Below are positions 8,897-18,444 of a DNA stretch of 34,130 bases, in pieces. Below the pieces are notes generated by a model, which saw nothing but the letters and a program-made list of their open reading frames with translations, was not told the origin of the DNA and made no database searches. The first letter of the stretch is position 1, and each line of letters begins with the position of its first letter. The position numbers were made by a program, and so were the translations under genes. This DNA is from a virus (taxonomy: Duplodnaviria; Caudoviricetes). The DNA lies in the IMG/VR virus record IMGVR_UViG_3300034777_000233, positions 1 through 34,130 of that record; one strand, written 5' to 3'.

Positions 8897-10375
8897 ATGA
8901 GTTTTCCTAGTCCGGGTATTGGTGCCCAATTAAATCACCAAACTCCACGTCCTACTAAAGGCTTGTTTGCGGACAATTACCTTTCATTAGCTGACATGGA
9001 TTTTACACAACAGTTTTTACCAGAAGTGTACGAAAAAGAAGTAGAAAGATACGGTAACCGTACTGTTTCTGGATTCTTACGCATGGTAGGAGCAGAAATG
9101 CCTATGGCTTCTGACCAAATTGTATGGTCTGAGCAAGGGCGATTACACATTGCAATGGATGATTGTTCAATTACAACAACACAAGCTGGAAATAACACTA
9201 TCCAATTTACAGCTGACGGTGCTGGAACTGCTGGTCTACAAACTGCAGCTGAAAAAGCAGAATTGATTAACGCAGGCCAGACAGTTATTATTGCAAAAGA
9301 CGGTGTTGTCGTTAAAGCGAGAGTAACAACTGGAGGCGATGGTGTAGCTACCACTATAGTTGTAGCTCCATACAACGCTCAAGACTTGAATGCACTTTTA
9401 CCAACACCTGCTGCTGACATCACCGATGTTGCTGTATTTGTTTATGGTTCTGAGTACAAAAAAGGTTCTTCTGTTGTTGCGGCACAACCAAATGCTAAAT
9501 TCACACAATTCAGCAACAAGCCTATCATACTTAGAGAAAAGTATGCAGTAAACGGTTCAGACGTTGCTCAAATCGGGTGGGTTGAAGTAACTACTGAAGC
9601 TGGAACTGGAGGATACCTATGGTACCTGAAGTCTGAGCATGAAGCTAGATTACGTTTTGAAGATTACTTAGAAATGTCTATGATTGAAGCCGTACAAGAC
9701 AACGGTGGAGGTGGTGGAGATTCTGCTGGTGATAATGGCTTTACTGGATCTGAGGGTCTTTTTGCTGCTATTGAAAGTAGAGGCTTAACTTTTAATGATC
9801 CTGATTTTGCAAATGCAACACCATCTGTTGGTATTGGAGAGTTTGATTTGATTTTAGCGGAGTTAGACAAACAAGGAGCTATCGAAGAGAACATGCTGTT
9901 CTTAGACCGTGGCACTTCTTTGGATATCGACATTATGTTAGCTGCTCAAAATTCTTACGGAACTGGAGGAACATCTTACGGTGTATTTGAAAATTCTGAA
10001 GATATGGCACTTAACTTAGGGTTCAGCGGATTCCGCAGAGGATCTTACGATTTCTATAAGACAGATTGGAAATACCTAAATGATTCAACTACAAGAGGAA
10101 TGATAAACGACGTTCTTGGAGTTATTGTTCCTGCAGGGGTTTCTACGGTTTACGACCAAATTTTAGGACAAAATATTCAACGACCATTTTTACACGTACG
10201 CTACAGAGCTTCTGAAGCTGACGATCGTAGATTGAAATCTTGGATTACAGGTTCTGTTGGTGGTAACTACACAAGCGAAGAGGACGCTATGAATGTTAAT
10301 TTCTTATCAGAAAGAGCATTATGTGTTCAAGGAGCTAACAACTTTGTTATTCTTAAGAAAACAACAAATTTTTAG
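8897..10375 (+). CDS. Major capsid protein
   Basis: 492 aa after the scaffold, with high-expression codon bias and conserved-looking blocks (QFLPEVYEKEVERYG, GSEGLFAAIE, LGFSGFRRGSYDF, FLSERALCVQGANNF). A strong hairpin follows. Confidence 0.85.
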   Translation: MSFPSPGIGAQLNHQTPRPTKGLFADNYLSLADMDFTQQFLPEVYEKEVERYGNRTVSGFLRMVGAEMPMASDQIVWSEQGRLHIAMDDCSITTTQAGNNTIQFTADGAGTAGLQTAAEKAELINAGQTVIIAKDGVVVKARVTTGGDGVATTIVVAPYNAQDLNALLPTPAADITDVAVFVYGSEYKKGSSVVAAQPNAKFTQFSNKPIILREKYAVNGSDVAQIGWVEVTTEAGTGGYLWYLKSEHEARLRFEDYLEMSMIEAVQDNGGGGGDSAGDNGFTGSEGLFAAIESRGLTFNDPDFANATPSVGIGEFDLILAELDKQGAIEENMLFLDRGTSLDIDIMLAAQNSYGTGGTSYGVFENSEDMALNLGFSGFRRGSYDFYKTDWKYLNDSTTRGMINDVLGVIVPAGVSTVYDQILGQNIQRPFLHVRYRASEADDRRLKSWITGSVGGNYTSEEDAMNVNFLSERALCVQGANNFVILKKTTNF

Positions 10376-10394
10376 TAAGACATAACAAATAAAA

Positions 10395-10442
10395 AAGGTA
10401 ATGCTTACCCCTGATGTAACTTCGGGGGTAGCTATTACCCTT
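10395..10442 (+). terminator. Long stem-loop after the capsid gene (terminator/attenuator or RNA processing site)
   Basis: AAGGTAATGCTTACCCCTGA-tgtaact-TCGGGGGTAGCTATTACCCTT, about 20 bp imperfect stem, followed by an AT-rich tract. Confidence 0.6.
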
Positions 10443-10467
10443 ATTAATTATTTAATTTTATTATATC

Positions 10468-11295
10468 ATGGCGAAAAAAGCTGAAGCAGTAGAAAAGACT
10501 GAGGTTGCACCTCAACCAAAAATTACAAAAAAAGAAAAAATACAACAACCAGTAGAACCGGTATGGGAAATAAAAGATAGGCTTTATAATCTGGTAGACA
10601 GATTAGGAAAACCTATAGTTTATTCTTTAGCCTCTAAACATAGTGCTAAGTTTCCTTTACTATATTTTGACGAAAAACTAGGTTACCAAAGGGAATTAAG
10701 ATACGCTACAAACCAAAAGTCCGTATTTGTGGACGAACAGAAAGGGCAATCCACTTTAGGTAGAATAGTTTTTAGAGACGGAAGGTTGTATGTTTCAAAA
10801 GAACAACAAAATTTACAAAAATTATTATCTTTATACCACCCTTTAAGAAACAAATATTTTTCTGAAGACAAGCCAAGAGAGCAAGCAATGAATGAGGTAG
10901 AATACATTAACTACGAAATTGAAGCTTTGCTAGCCGCTAAAGAAATGGGCATCGAAGGATTAGAAGCAATATTAAGAGTGGAGTTCGGCGAAAGAGTAGA
11001 TTTATTATCTTCTAGCGAATTAAAAAGAGATGGATTAGTTTTTGCTAAAAGAAACCCTATATTGTTTTTACAACTTGCAAATGATGAAAATGTAGAGTTA
11101 AGGAATATAGGTGTAAAAGCGGTACAGCAAGGAATTATATCTTTGTCACAAGATCAAAGAACATTTTCTTATGGCGAAACCGGTCGAAAATTAATGACAG
11201 TGCCATTTGACGAGCATCCATATTCTGCGTTAGCAGTATTCTTTAAAACAGATGAGGGTATGGACGTTTACAAACATATAATTAAAAAATTATAA
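10468..11295 (+). CDS. Putative virion structural protein
   Basis: 275 aa between the capsid and adaptor genes (ELRYATNQKSVFVDEQ). No catalytic motif recognised. Confidence 0.6.
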   Translation: MAKKAEAVEKTEVAPQPKITKKEKIQQPVEPVWEIKDRLYNLVDRLGKPIVYSLASKHSAKFPLLYFDEKLGYQRELRYATNQKSVFVDEQKGQSTLGRIVFRDGRLYVSKEQQNLQKLLSLYHPLRNKYFSEDKPREQAMNEVEYINYEIEALLAAKEMGIEGLEAILRVEFGERVDLLSSSELKRDGLVFAKRNPILFLQLANDENVELRNIGVKAVQQGIISLSQDQRTFSYGETGRKLMTVPFDEHPYSALAVFFKTDEGMDVYKHIIKKL

Positions 11296-11303
11296 GTCAC
11301 TAA

Positions 11304-11346
11304 TTATAGTAGCTAGGCCGCTATAATAGTGGCCTAATTACTATAA
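11304..11346 (+). promoter_or_regulatory. 20-bp intergenic stem-loop without U-tract
   Basis: TTATAGTAGCTAGGCCGCTA-taa-TAGTGGCCTAATTACTATAA, with two G-U pairs and one mismatch. Confidence 0.55.
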
Positions 11347-11364
11347 CCAATAATAAACAACAAT

Positions 11365-12093
11365 ATGCCAATAAATGTAAACACAGTATATCAAAGAGTT
11401 TTAGGTATATTAAATAAAGAACAACGAGGGTATGTAACCGCTCAAGAATTTAACTTGTTTGCTAATCAAGCTCAACAAGATTTATTTGAGCAATACTTTT
11501 ATGATATAAATCAATTTGGTAGATTACACGGTAATGACACCGAGTATTCAGACATGCTAACCATACTTGATCAAAAAATTAGTCCCTTTAAAACATCCGC
11601 ATTATTAACATATAACCAAACAAGTCTTCACTTTGATCTTCCGACCGATCTCTACAGGCTGGGAAGTATCGTATACACTAATACCATTACAAATGGTTTT
11701 ACAGCCACTACGGAGTTAGTAGAGGCTGAAAGAATTAACCAAAACGAATTATTATACATAAACTTATCTCCATTAACAAGGCCTGTTAATAGACGCCCCA
11801 TATACTCTCAAAACACACAAGGCGTTAAGGTATACGGTGATGCAGAACTTACATCAAGCGTTAGCTGTAATTATATTAGAACGCCAGCCACTGTACAATG
11901 GGCATATCAAATTGTTTTTGATGAGCCTTTGTATGACGCCACAAATTCAGTAAACTTTGAGCTTGAGCCCTCTGAAGAAACAGAATTAGTGATAAAAATA
12001 CTAGAGTTGTCAGGGCTGTTAATTAAAGACTTTAACATGTACAACGCGGTCAACCAGGAGGAAGTAGAAACTATCCAACAAGAAAAATCATAA
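11365..12093 (+). CDS. Head-tail adaptor / tail ring protein
   Basis: 242 aa with N-terminal VYQRVLGILNKEQRGY..EFNLFANQAQ, LPTDLY, and YIRTP...W. The pattern and position match crAss-like ring proteins. Confidence 0.65.
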   Translation: MPINVNTVYQRVLGILNKEQRGYVTAQEFNLFANQAQQDLFEQYFYDINQFGRLHGNDTEYSDMLTILDQKISPFKTSALLTYNQTSLHFDLPTDLYRLGSIVYTNTITNGFTATTELVEAERINQNELLYINLSPLTRPVNRRPIYSQNTQGVKVYGDAELTSSVSCNYIRTPATVQWAYQIVFDEPLYDATNSVNFELEPSEETELVIKILELSGLLIKDFNMYNAVNQEEVETIQQEKS

Positions 12094-12096
12094 TAT

Positions 12097-13005
12097 ATGC
12101 CATTAATAAATATAACTAACGAACAGTATTACGAAGGCCCAGACGGTGTATGGAACAGCTTAGATGAGAATTATGGCGATTATCAATATATAACGCTAAA
12201 GGACATTGTAAATAACTTTGTTATAGCCTATGTTGGAGAAGATAAAATAATATCCAAAGTAAAAAGATCTGACATTGCATTCCATGCACAGCGCGGTATT
12301 CAAGAGTTAAATTTTGATACCTTGCAATCTATTAAGTCGCAGGAGATAGAAGTTCCCCCTACTTTGTATATGATTTTACCACAAGACTACGTTAACTATG
12401 TAAAGCTAACTTGGCTTGACGAAAGTGGAGTTGAAAGAATAATTTATCCAACTTCTAAAACCAGTAACCCCTTGCCTATTATACAAGACAGCAATTACGA
12501 ATACACGTTTGATGATAACGGGGAAATTCTTTATGCACAGGAATCCGAAACTTGGGAAAGATTCCAAAACTCTAATGATGACATATTAGTAGACTCTAAC
12601 AGTAGAGACGCAAGAGAACTTACTCGGGCTGATTTTGCTGGAGGTAGATATGGTTTAGATCCACAGTATACTCAATCAAATGGTGTATTTTATATTGACC
12701 AAATAAAAGGGCTAATACACTTTAGCTCTGATATGACAAATCGTATTGTAACTTTAAAATACATAAGTGATGGTCTCGGGTGTGAGGAAGATATGGTTGT
12801 GCACAAATTTGCCGAGGAGGCCATATATAAGCATATTGCGCATGCTATTTTAGCAACTAGAGCAAATACCCAAGAATACCTTGTAATGAGGTTTAAAAAA
12901 GAAGCAAGAGCTGCTAAGCGTAATGCTAAATTAAGATTATCAAATATAAAATTAGAGGAGATTTCGCAAACTATGCGAGGTAAGTCTAAGCAAATAAAAC
13001 ACTAA
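12097..13005 (+). CDS. Tail ring / structural protein
   Basis: 302 aa with an LPQDYVNYVKL motif, LKYISDG, and a helical C-terminus. It is a paralog-like partner of the upstream ring protein. Confidence 0.6.
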   Translation: MPLINITNEQYYEGPDGVWNSLDENYGDYQYITLKDIVNNFVIAYVGEDKIISKVKRSDIAFHAQRGIQELNFDTLQSIKSQEIEVPPTLYMILPQDYVNYVKLTWLDESGVERIIYPTSKTSNPLPIIQDSNYEYTFDDNGEILYAQESETWERFQNSNDDILVDSNSRDARELTRADFAGGRYGLDPQYTQSNGVFYIDQIKGLIHFSSDMTNRIVTLKYISDGLGCEEDMVVHKFAEEAIYKHIAHAILATRANTQEYLVMRFKKEARAAKRNAKLRLSNIKLEEISQTMRGKSKQIKH

Positions 13006-13008
13006 TAT

Positions 13009-16000
13009 ATGCCAGAATTTATCCGTTCTTTCCAGGCTGGAAAAATGAATAAAGATCTTGACGAACGATTAGTGCCTCAAGGCCAGTATCGTGATGCTTT
13101 AAATTTAGATTTAGCAAATTCAGAAGGATCTAACGTAGGTACTCTACAGAATGTAAAAGGCAACGTTGAATTGCGAGGCAAAATATCGGACATTGAAAAC
13201 GGATGGCAGGCTAACTATATAGAGGATTTAGATAATCCTGTTTGTATTGCGTCCATAAAAAACGATATAGACGAAAAAATATATTGGTTTATTGCGTCTG
13301 ACAGCGTTAGCGCTATTGCTGAATTAGACACCACAACAGGCTATATACACCCTATATTGGTCGACACAAATAACATATTAAATTTTTCTGCAGATTATTT
13401 AATTACGGGAGTTAATATAATTGATAAGTTCTTATTTTGGACAGACGATCAGACGGAACCAAAAAGAATAAATATAGAAAAATTTAAAGCGGGCTCGTGT
13501 AATTTTGCTGCCCATACAAAGATACCAGAATGGAATCCAGACCAGGATACTTATACTGCTATTGACTGTGGGTTTGTGGGGGCTGGACAAGTCAACTTTA
13601 CAGAAGAAGATATTGCAGTAATTAAAAAATCCCCTTTAAAAGCACCCGCGTTAAATATAGCAGCTTCACCATTTGGAAATAATGTAAACGGCACAGGCAT
13701 ATTACCAATATCCTTTGAAGCAGGTACCCCGGCTGGAACGGGAACTGAAAATTTTACTTTTATACCAGATGAAGCAAATTTTCCTTCAGCGTACGAATCT
13801 TTGCCTACATTTGGGCAATTTTTAGAGAACACTACTGGGCCAAACGGAAACCCTGATTACTATGAAAACAGTAATTTACCATCAAATTGGGATGGTCGCG
13901 TTACATTTACGCTATATGACATTTATGGTAACGATCCAGATACAGGCAGCCCGGCATGGAATATAGACGACGTAATACTCATATCTGGTAGCTTTGTAGA
14001 TGATTTTAATGAAACATTTGAGTATCAAATTAGAATAAAAATTAAACAGCTTAACAACACTGTTATAACAGGGGAAATTCAAGCTATATCTAGTGATATT
14101 CAAAAGTTTGGAAATACTTTAATACAATGGGAAGCTATTCTTGAAGAAAAAACCCCAATGTTTGAATACTTGTTTCCTAGGTTTGCCTATAGATGGAAGT
14201 ATATAGATAATGAATACTCAACGTTCTCTCCTTTTTCTGAGGTAGCTTTTGTTGGTAATGAATTTAAATACGTTTCGTCTGATGGGTATAACATTGGAAT
14301 GAAAAATAATATAAGGAAATTAATTATACAAGATCTAGAGGCGGGCTCTGAGGAGGTTTCTGAAATTGAAATTTTATATAAAGAATCTCACAACACGGCA
14401 GTTTATTCCGTAGATACAATAAAGAAAAAAGACTTTATTCCTTATACTACAGCGGGCGCGTTCCCTACGGTTTTCGAAATAAAATCAGAAATAATAGGGG
14501 CTTTAATACAATCAAATCAATTACTAAGACCTTGGGATAATGTGCCTAGAAAAGCTAAGGCTCAAGAGGTAGTCGGTAATAGAATTGTTTACGCAAACTA
14601 CTTACAAAATTATTCTGTAAATAATTTAATAGATCTTTCTGTTTCAGTTACGTCTAAAAATCACCAATCTTTAAACCCTGAATTAACAGACGAAGAACGC
14701 GCTGCTAATTTAAGAATGCCGGAAGCGTCATTAAAGTCTATAAGAACTTACCAGGCTGGGGTTGTTTTTAAGGATGAATTTGGAAGAGAAACTCCGGTCT
14801 TCACAAACAAAAAGTCTTCTATAAATTTAGAGGTTGTTAATGCTCATAGAGTGAACAACCTACAAATTGAGCCGCTTACTTCACCTCCCGATTGGGCTAC
14901 ACATTATAAATTTTTTATAAAAGAAACTTCTAACCAGTATTATAACTTAGCTCTTGATAGATTTTATTTAGCGGAAGATGGCAATGTATGGCTTTCTTTT
15001 CCGTCCTCAGAAAGAAACAAGGTGGATGAGGAAACTTATTTGATCCTTAAAAAGCAGCATGACAATGATGTTTTTGTTGAAAACCTAGTTAGGTATAAAA
15101 TACTTTCAATAAAAAATGAAGCCCCAACATTTGTAAAAACTTTTGACACGGTACAATTAAATACAAATGTAACAATTATAGACGGATTTTTTCAAGACTC
15201 TATATTTTTGCAGTTTTCTTCAGGCAACCCTACTATGCCTACTTCTTTAACTTCCGATAATTACATTAGAATAATAAGTGGAGGTTTTAGAACTGATTTA
15301 TACAAAATAGCAGGAGGAGGAGAAACTAGCTCTGGCTCAGGAAATTTTGATATACAACTAGATGAACCAATAGGAGCTGATGGAGCTTTCTTGCAGGGGC
15401 TAACCGGTGCTGTAGTAGAAATTATAGCTAAAAAAGAAGAAAACAAGCCCGAGTTTGAAGGTAGATTTTTCGCAAAAATAAATAGAGATTTTGCTTTTGA
15501 TACAAATATTATTTCTACTTTCGGAGCTATAGAGCCAAGATACGGTATACGCGAAAGAGTAGAGCCTAAAGGTAGATTAGCGAGCTCTAACACGGTTAAT
15601 AATGGTAGTAGATTTGGTCTTTACTATCAAGACCCAGGCGAAGACAGCAACAGTACCTGTCTAGGTGGTAGTAATCCTGGAAGTTGGTATTTAAGAGGCA
15701 CCGGTTCCTGGGGAGGCGGCGCATTTGGAGGCGTGTGGCTTAACTACCAGCCCCCTACGCAACAATCAAGTTGGTTTGGTATATCTAGAGTAGGTTGTAA
15801 TTATGGTGATTTTATAAACGAAGGCTTTGGACGAGCTAATGACTCCGTTGATGGATTACTTACTGCTGGTGCTTATATTAGATTTGAAAATAAAAGTACA
15901 GGAGAATACGGGGATGTTTATAGAGTTGTAGAAATATATAAAAGATTTTTTCACGGAAGAGGTAAAAGAAATCTTACTTGTGATCAGACAGGGGATGCTG

Positions 16001-18435
16001 GTAACAGAAGAACGTCCATTGTTATGAGGGTTGATAGAACTATAACGGATCCGTGGCTGCCAACCCAAGGGCAAACCTCAGTACTCGATTCAGTATTGCC
16101 AACTATACAAATACTAGTTGAGGCAATTTCTGATAATAACAAGTTATTAACATCTTCAAATCCAGCTATATTTGAAACTGAACCAAAAGAAGCTATTGAT
16201 TTAGATTTATATTACGAAGCTTCTAATGCCTTGCCTATAGCTGATTACAACAACCCTTACGAATTAACCGATTATTACAATTGTTACTCTTATGGCAATG
16301 GGGTAGAATCAAACAGGATTCGCGATGATTTTAATGCACATACTATAGACAAGGGGCCTAAAGTTTCTGCTCCGCTTGATGAGCCATATGCTCAGGAAAG
16401 AAGAGGGAATGGTTTAATATTTTCCCAAATATTTAATTCTACAAGCGGTATAAATAGGCTTAATCAATTTATACAGGCAGAGCCTATAACAAAAGATTTA
16501 AATCCAACATACGGTACAATTCAAAAATTACATACCAGACAAACGGATTTATTATCTTTATGTGAGGATAAAATAGTAAAAATATTAGCAAATAAAGATG
16601 CTTTATTTAATGCGGACGGCAATGTTAATTTAACCGGAAATAATGCCGTTTTAGGGCAGGCTATGGTGCCTGCTACTTTTGGTGAATTTGGAATAAGCAA
16701 AAACCCTGAAAGCTTTGCGGCAGATAATTATAGAATATATTTTACAGACAAAAACCGTGGAGCTGTTTTACGATTATCAATGAACGGAGTAACGGATATA
16801 GCCGGAAAGGGTATGTCTGACTTTTTTGCTGATAATTTAAAAGCATCAAATAAGCTTATAGGTAGCTTTGATAAAGAAAAAGACCTATATAACATAACTT
16901 TCGACCGGTTGTCTCAGGATTGGAATAATATTCTTAGTCCTAGTCAAGAATATCAATTAACACCAGAATGTGACATAAATTTTTTTACCAAATGCAACAA
17001 TACTACAGTTTCTTTTAAAGAAATGGTTGACGGCTGGACTTCGAGAAAGTCATTTATACCAGAAAGCGGTATAAGTTTAAACAATATCTACTACACTTTT
17101 AAAGATGGCCGAATATATGAGCACGGGCTAAACATACTATATAATAATTTTTATAGACAACAATATGATAGCTCTTTTAACGTTGTAATGAATGACGGGC
17201 CACAATCTGTAAAAGGGTTTAGTACTATAAATTACACAGGAACAAGGTCTAGAAGATTTGAGTATCTGCATGATTCCGAATGGTATTCAATAGCTGAAAT
17301 AAACGCTATACCAGCAATACCTACTTCAATACAGCAAAAGCAGCCTGGGTGGTATGTAAACTACGTTAAAACCGATCTTGAAGGTGGCGAGGTTAAAGAG
17401 TTTGAAAAGAAAGAAGGTAAACATTTTAATTACATAAAAGGGCTAGAGATATTTAATGACTGCGACGACACGCCTGATGGAATTGGTAACCCTGACGTTA
17501 TAGATAGCGACCCACAGGATTACATATTAACCGTTACAATTGACGAAGGTTGCAGCGGAAGCGGGGGGGTTACACCTGACACAGTACAGTTCTTTGTAAA
17601 TATATGGGATAATATAAAAACGGACCCCGCACTTGATCTGGACATTGTAAACGAAACAACCGCGCAAGATGTTAAATGTGCTATTGAAGCGCACTACGAC
17701 TTGCTCTACCAATCATATGGAGCTACCATAAACAACGGAACCGCCTTTTCTTATTTAAGCAGCGATGGTTTGCAAGTTGGTACGCAAATGTACAATAGTT
17801 TAACTAACGAGCCTATTGCGACTGCTGGCGCTTACTTATTTGTAGGTGTAGGTGAGCAAATGTCTGACCTTACTGTTAGCCACGCTGGGCTAGATGCTAA
17901 TAACGCAACAATTGTACCTTCTACGTACTACGTAATGATATTAAATGGTAGTGGTCAAATAGTTTCATGGACACAATACAATACATTAGCAGCTTGCGAG
18001 CAAGATTGTTTACCAGATACGCCAATTTACTTTTATTGGTTTAGAAACTGGGACGATAGTTTAGAACTTGGAGGGCTTAATTGGAGCGGCTTTACTGATT
18101 TGGGGCAAGCAAGATACTTTATAGAACAAAACTTTACTAATTATCCAAATGCGGGGCCTTTAGGTAACATCAATGCTGAAAATAGATATAATATTGCTGA
18201 TGGTATTAATGTAGGTACTAAAATATGGAATCTTAATGCTTCCGTATTAAATCCTTGCGTTCTTATTGAAAGTGACGCATTGTACTTATGGGTAGGCTCT
18301 TCTACTGTTGATCCAAATTTAGCGTTAGACCCTAATGATCCAACGCCGATTCCAAATGAATACAAATTTATAAAATTAGTAGATGGAAGAATTTCTGAAA
18401 TAGTACAATACAATTCCGTTACGCCAACACCTTAA
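13009..18435 (+). CDS. Large tail stabilisation/muzzle (nozzle) protein with appended domains
   Basis: 1808 aa. The N-terminus GKMNKDLDERLVPQGQYRDALN, LFWTDD..EPKRINI, RFAYRW, GNRIVYANY and YGTIQKL blocks are typical of crAss-like muzzle (P22 gp10-like) beta-propeller proteins. Confidence 0.7.
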   Translation: MPEFIRSFQAGKMNKDLDERLVPQGQYRDALNLDLANSEGSNVGTLQNVKGNVELRGKISDIENGWQANYIEDLDNPVCIASIKNDIDEKIYWFIASDSVSAIAELDTTTGYIHPILVDTNNILNFSADYLITGVNIIDKFLFWTDDQTEPKRINIEKFKAGSCNFAAHTKIPEWNPDQDTYTAIDCGFVGAGQVNFTEEDIAVIKKSPLKAPALNIAASPFGNNVNGTGILPISFEAGTPAGTGTENFTFIPDEANFPSAYESLPTFGQFLENTTGPNGNPDYYENSNLPSNWDGRVTFTLYDIYGNDPDTGSPAWNIDDVILISGSFVDDFNETFEYQIRIKIKQLNNTVITGEIQAISSDIQKFGNTLIQWEAILEEKTPMFEYLFPRFAYRWKYIDNEYSTFSPFSEVAFVGNEFKYVSSDGYNIGMKNNIRKLIIQDLEAGSEEVSEIEILYKESHNTAVYSVDTIKKKDFIPYTTAGAFPTVFEIKSEIIGALIQSNQLLRPWDNVPRKAKAQEVVGNRIVYANYLQNYSVNNLIDLSVSVTSKNHQSLNPELTDEERAANLRMPEASLKSIRTYQAGVVFKDEFGRETPVFTNKKSSINLEVVNAHRVNNLQIEPLTSPPDWATHYKFFIKETSNQYYNLALDRFYLAEDGNVWLSFPSSERNKVDEETYLILKKQHDNDVFVENLVRYKILSIKNEAPTFVKTFDTVQLNTNVTIIDGFFQDSIFLQFSSGNPTMPTSLTSDNYIRIISGGFRTDLYKIAGGGETSSGSGNFDIQLDEPIGADGAFLQGLTGAVVEIIAKKEENKPEFEGRFFAKINRDFAFDTNIISTFGAIEPRYGIRERVEPKGRLASSNTVNNGSRFGLYYQDPGEDSNSTCLGGSNPGSWYLRGTGSWGGGAFGGVWLNYQPPTQQSSWFGISRVGCNYGDFINEGFGRANDSVDGLLTAGAYIRFENKSTGEYGDVYRVVEIYKRFFHGRGKRNLTCDQTGDAGNRRTSIVMRVDRTITDPWLPTQGQTSVLDSVLPTIQILVEAISDNNKLLTSSNPAIFETEPKEAIDLDLYYEASNALPIADYNNPYELTDYYNCYSYGNGVESNRIRDDFNAHTIDKGPKVSAPLDEPYAQERRGNGLIFSQIFNSTSGINRLNQFIQAEPITKDLNPTYGTIQKLHTRQTDLLSLCEDKIVKILANKDALFNADGNVNLTGNNAVLGQAMVPATFGEFGISKNPESFAADNYRIYFTDKNRGAVLRLSMNGVTDIAGKGMSDFFADNLKASNKLIGSFDKEKDLYNITFDRLSQDWNNILSPSQEYQLTPECDINFFTKCNNTTVSFKEMVDGWTSRKSFIPESGISLNNIYYTFKDGRIYEHGLNILYNNFYRQQYDSSFNVVMNDGPQSVKGFSTINYTGTRSRRFEYLHDSEWYSIAEINAIPAIPTSIQQKQPGWYVNYVKTDLEGGEVKEFEKKEGKHFNYIKGLEIFNDCDDTPDGIGNPDVIDSDPQDYILTVTIDEGCSGSGGVTPDTVQFFVNIWDNIKTDPALDLDIVNETTAQDVKCAIEAHYDLLYQSYGATINNGTAFSYLSSDGLQVGTQMYNSLTNEPIATAGAYLFVGVGEQMSDLTVSHAGLDANNATIVPSTYYVMILNGSGQIVSWTQYNTLAACEQDCLPDTPIYFYWFRNWDDSLELGGLNWSGFTDLGQARYFIEQNFTNYPNAGPLGNINAENRYNIADGINVGTKIWNLNASVLNPCVLIESDALYLWVGSSTVDPNLALDPNDPTPIPNEYKFIKLVDGRISEIVQYNSVTPTP
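17575..18432 (+). repeat. Two diverged ~140-aa tandem domains at the muzzle C-terminus
   Basis: Motifs shared in the same order: PDT..F...WD, DG(L/I)xVGT, YL(F/W)VG, LDxNxxTx(V/I)PxxY, GxI...QYN. Copies at ~17575-17997 and ~18013-18432. Confidence 0.7.
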
Positions 18436-18444
18436 TATAATAAT

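Noticed and set aside
10366-10372. In-frame slippery heptamer A_AAT_TTT just before the capsid stop, with a downstream hairpin
   Set aside because: A -1 shift adds only about 6 residues (LVRHNK) before TAA, and the hairpin is over 20 nt away, so there is no extended capsid isoform.
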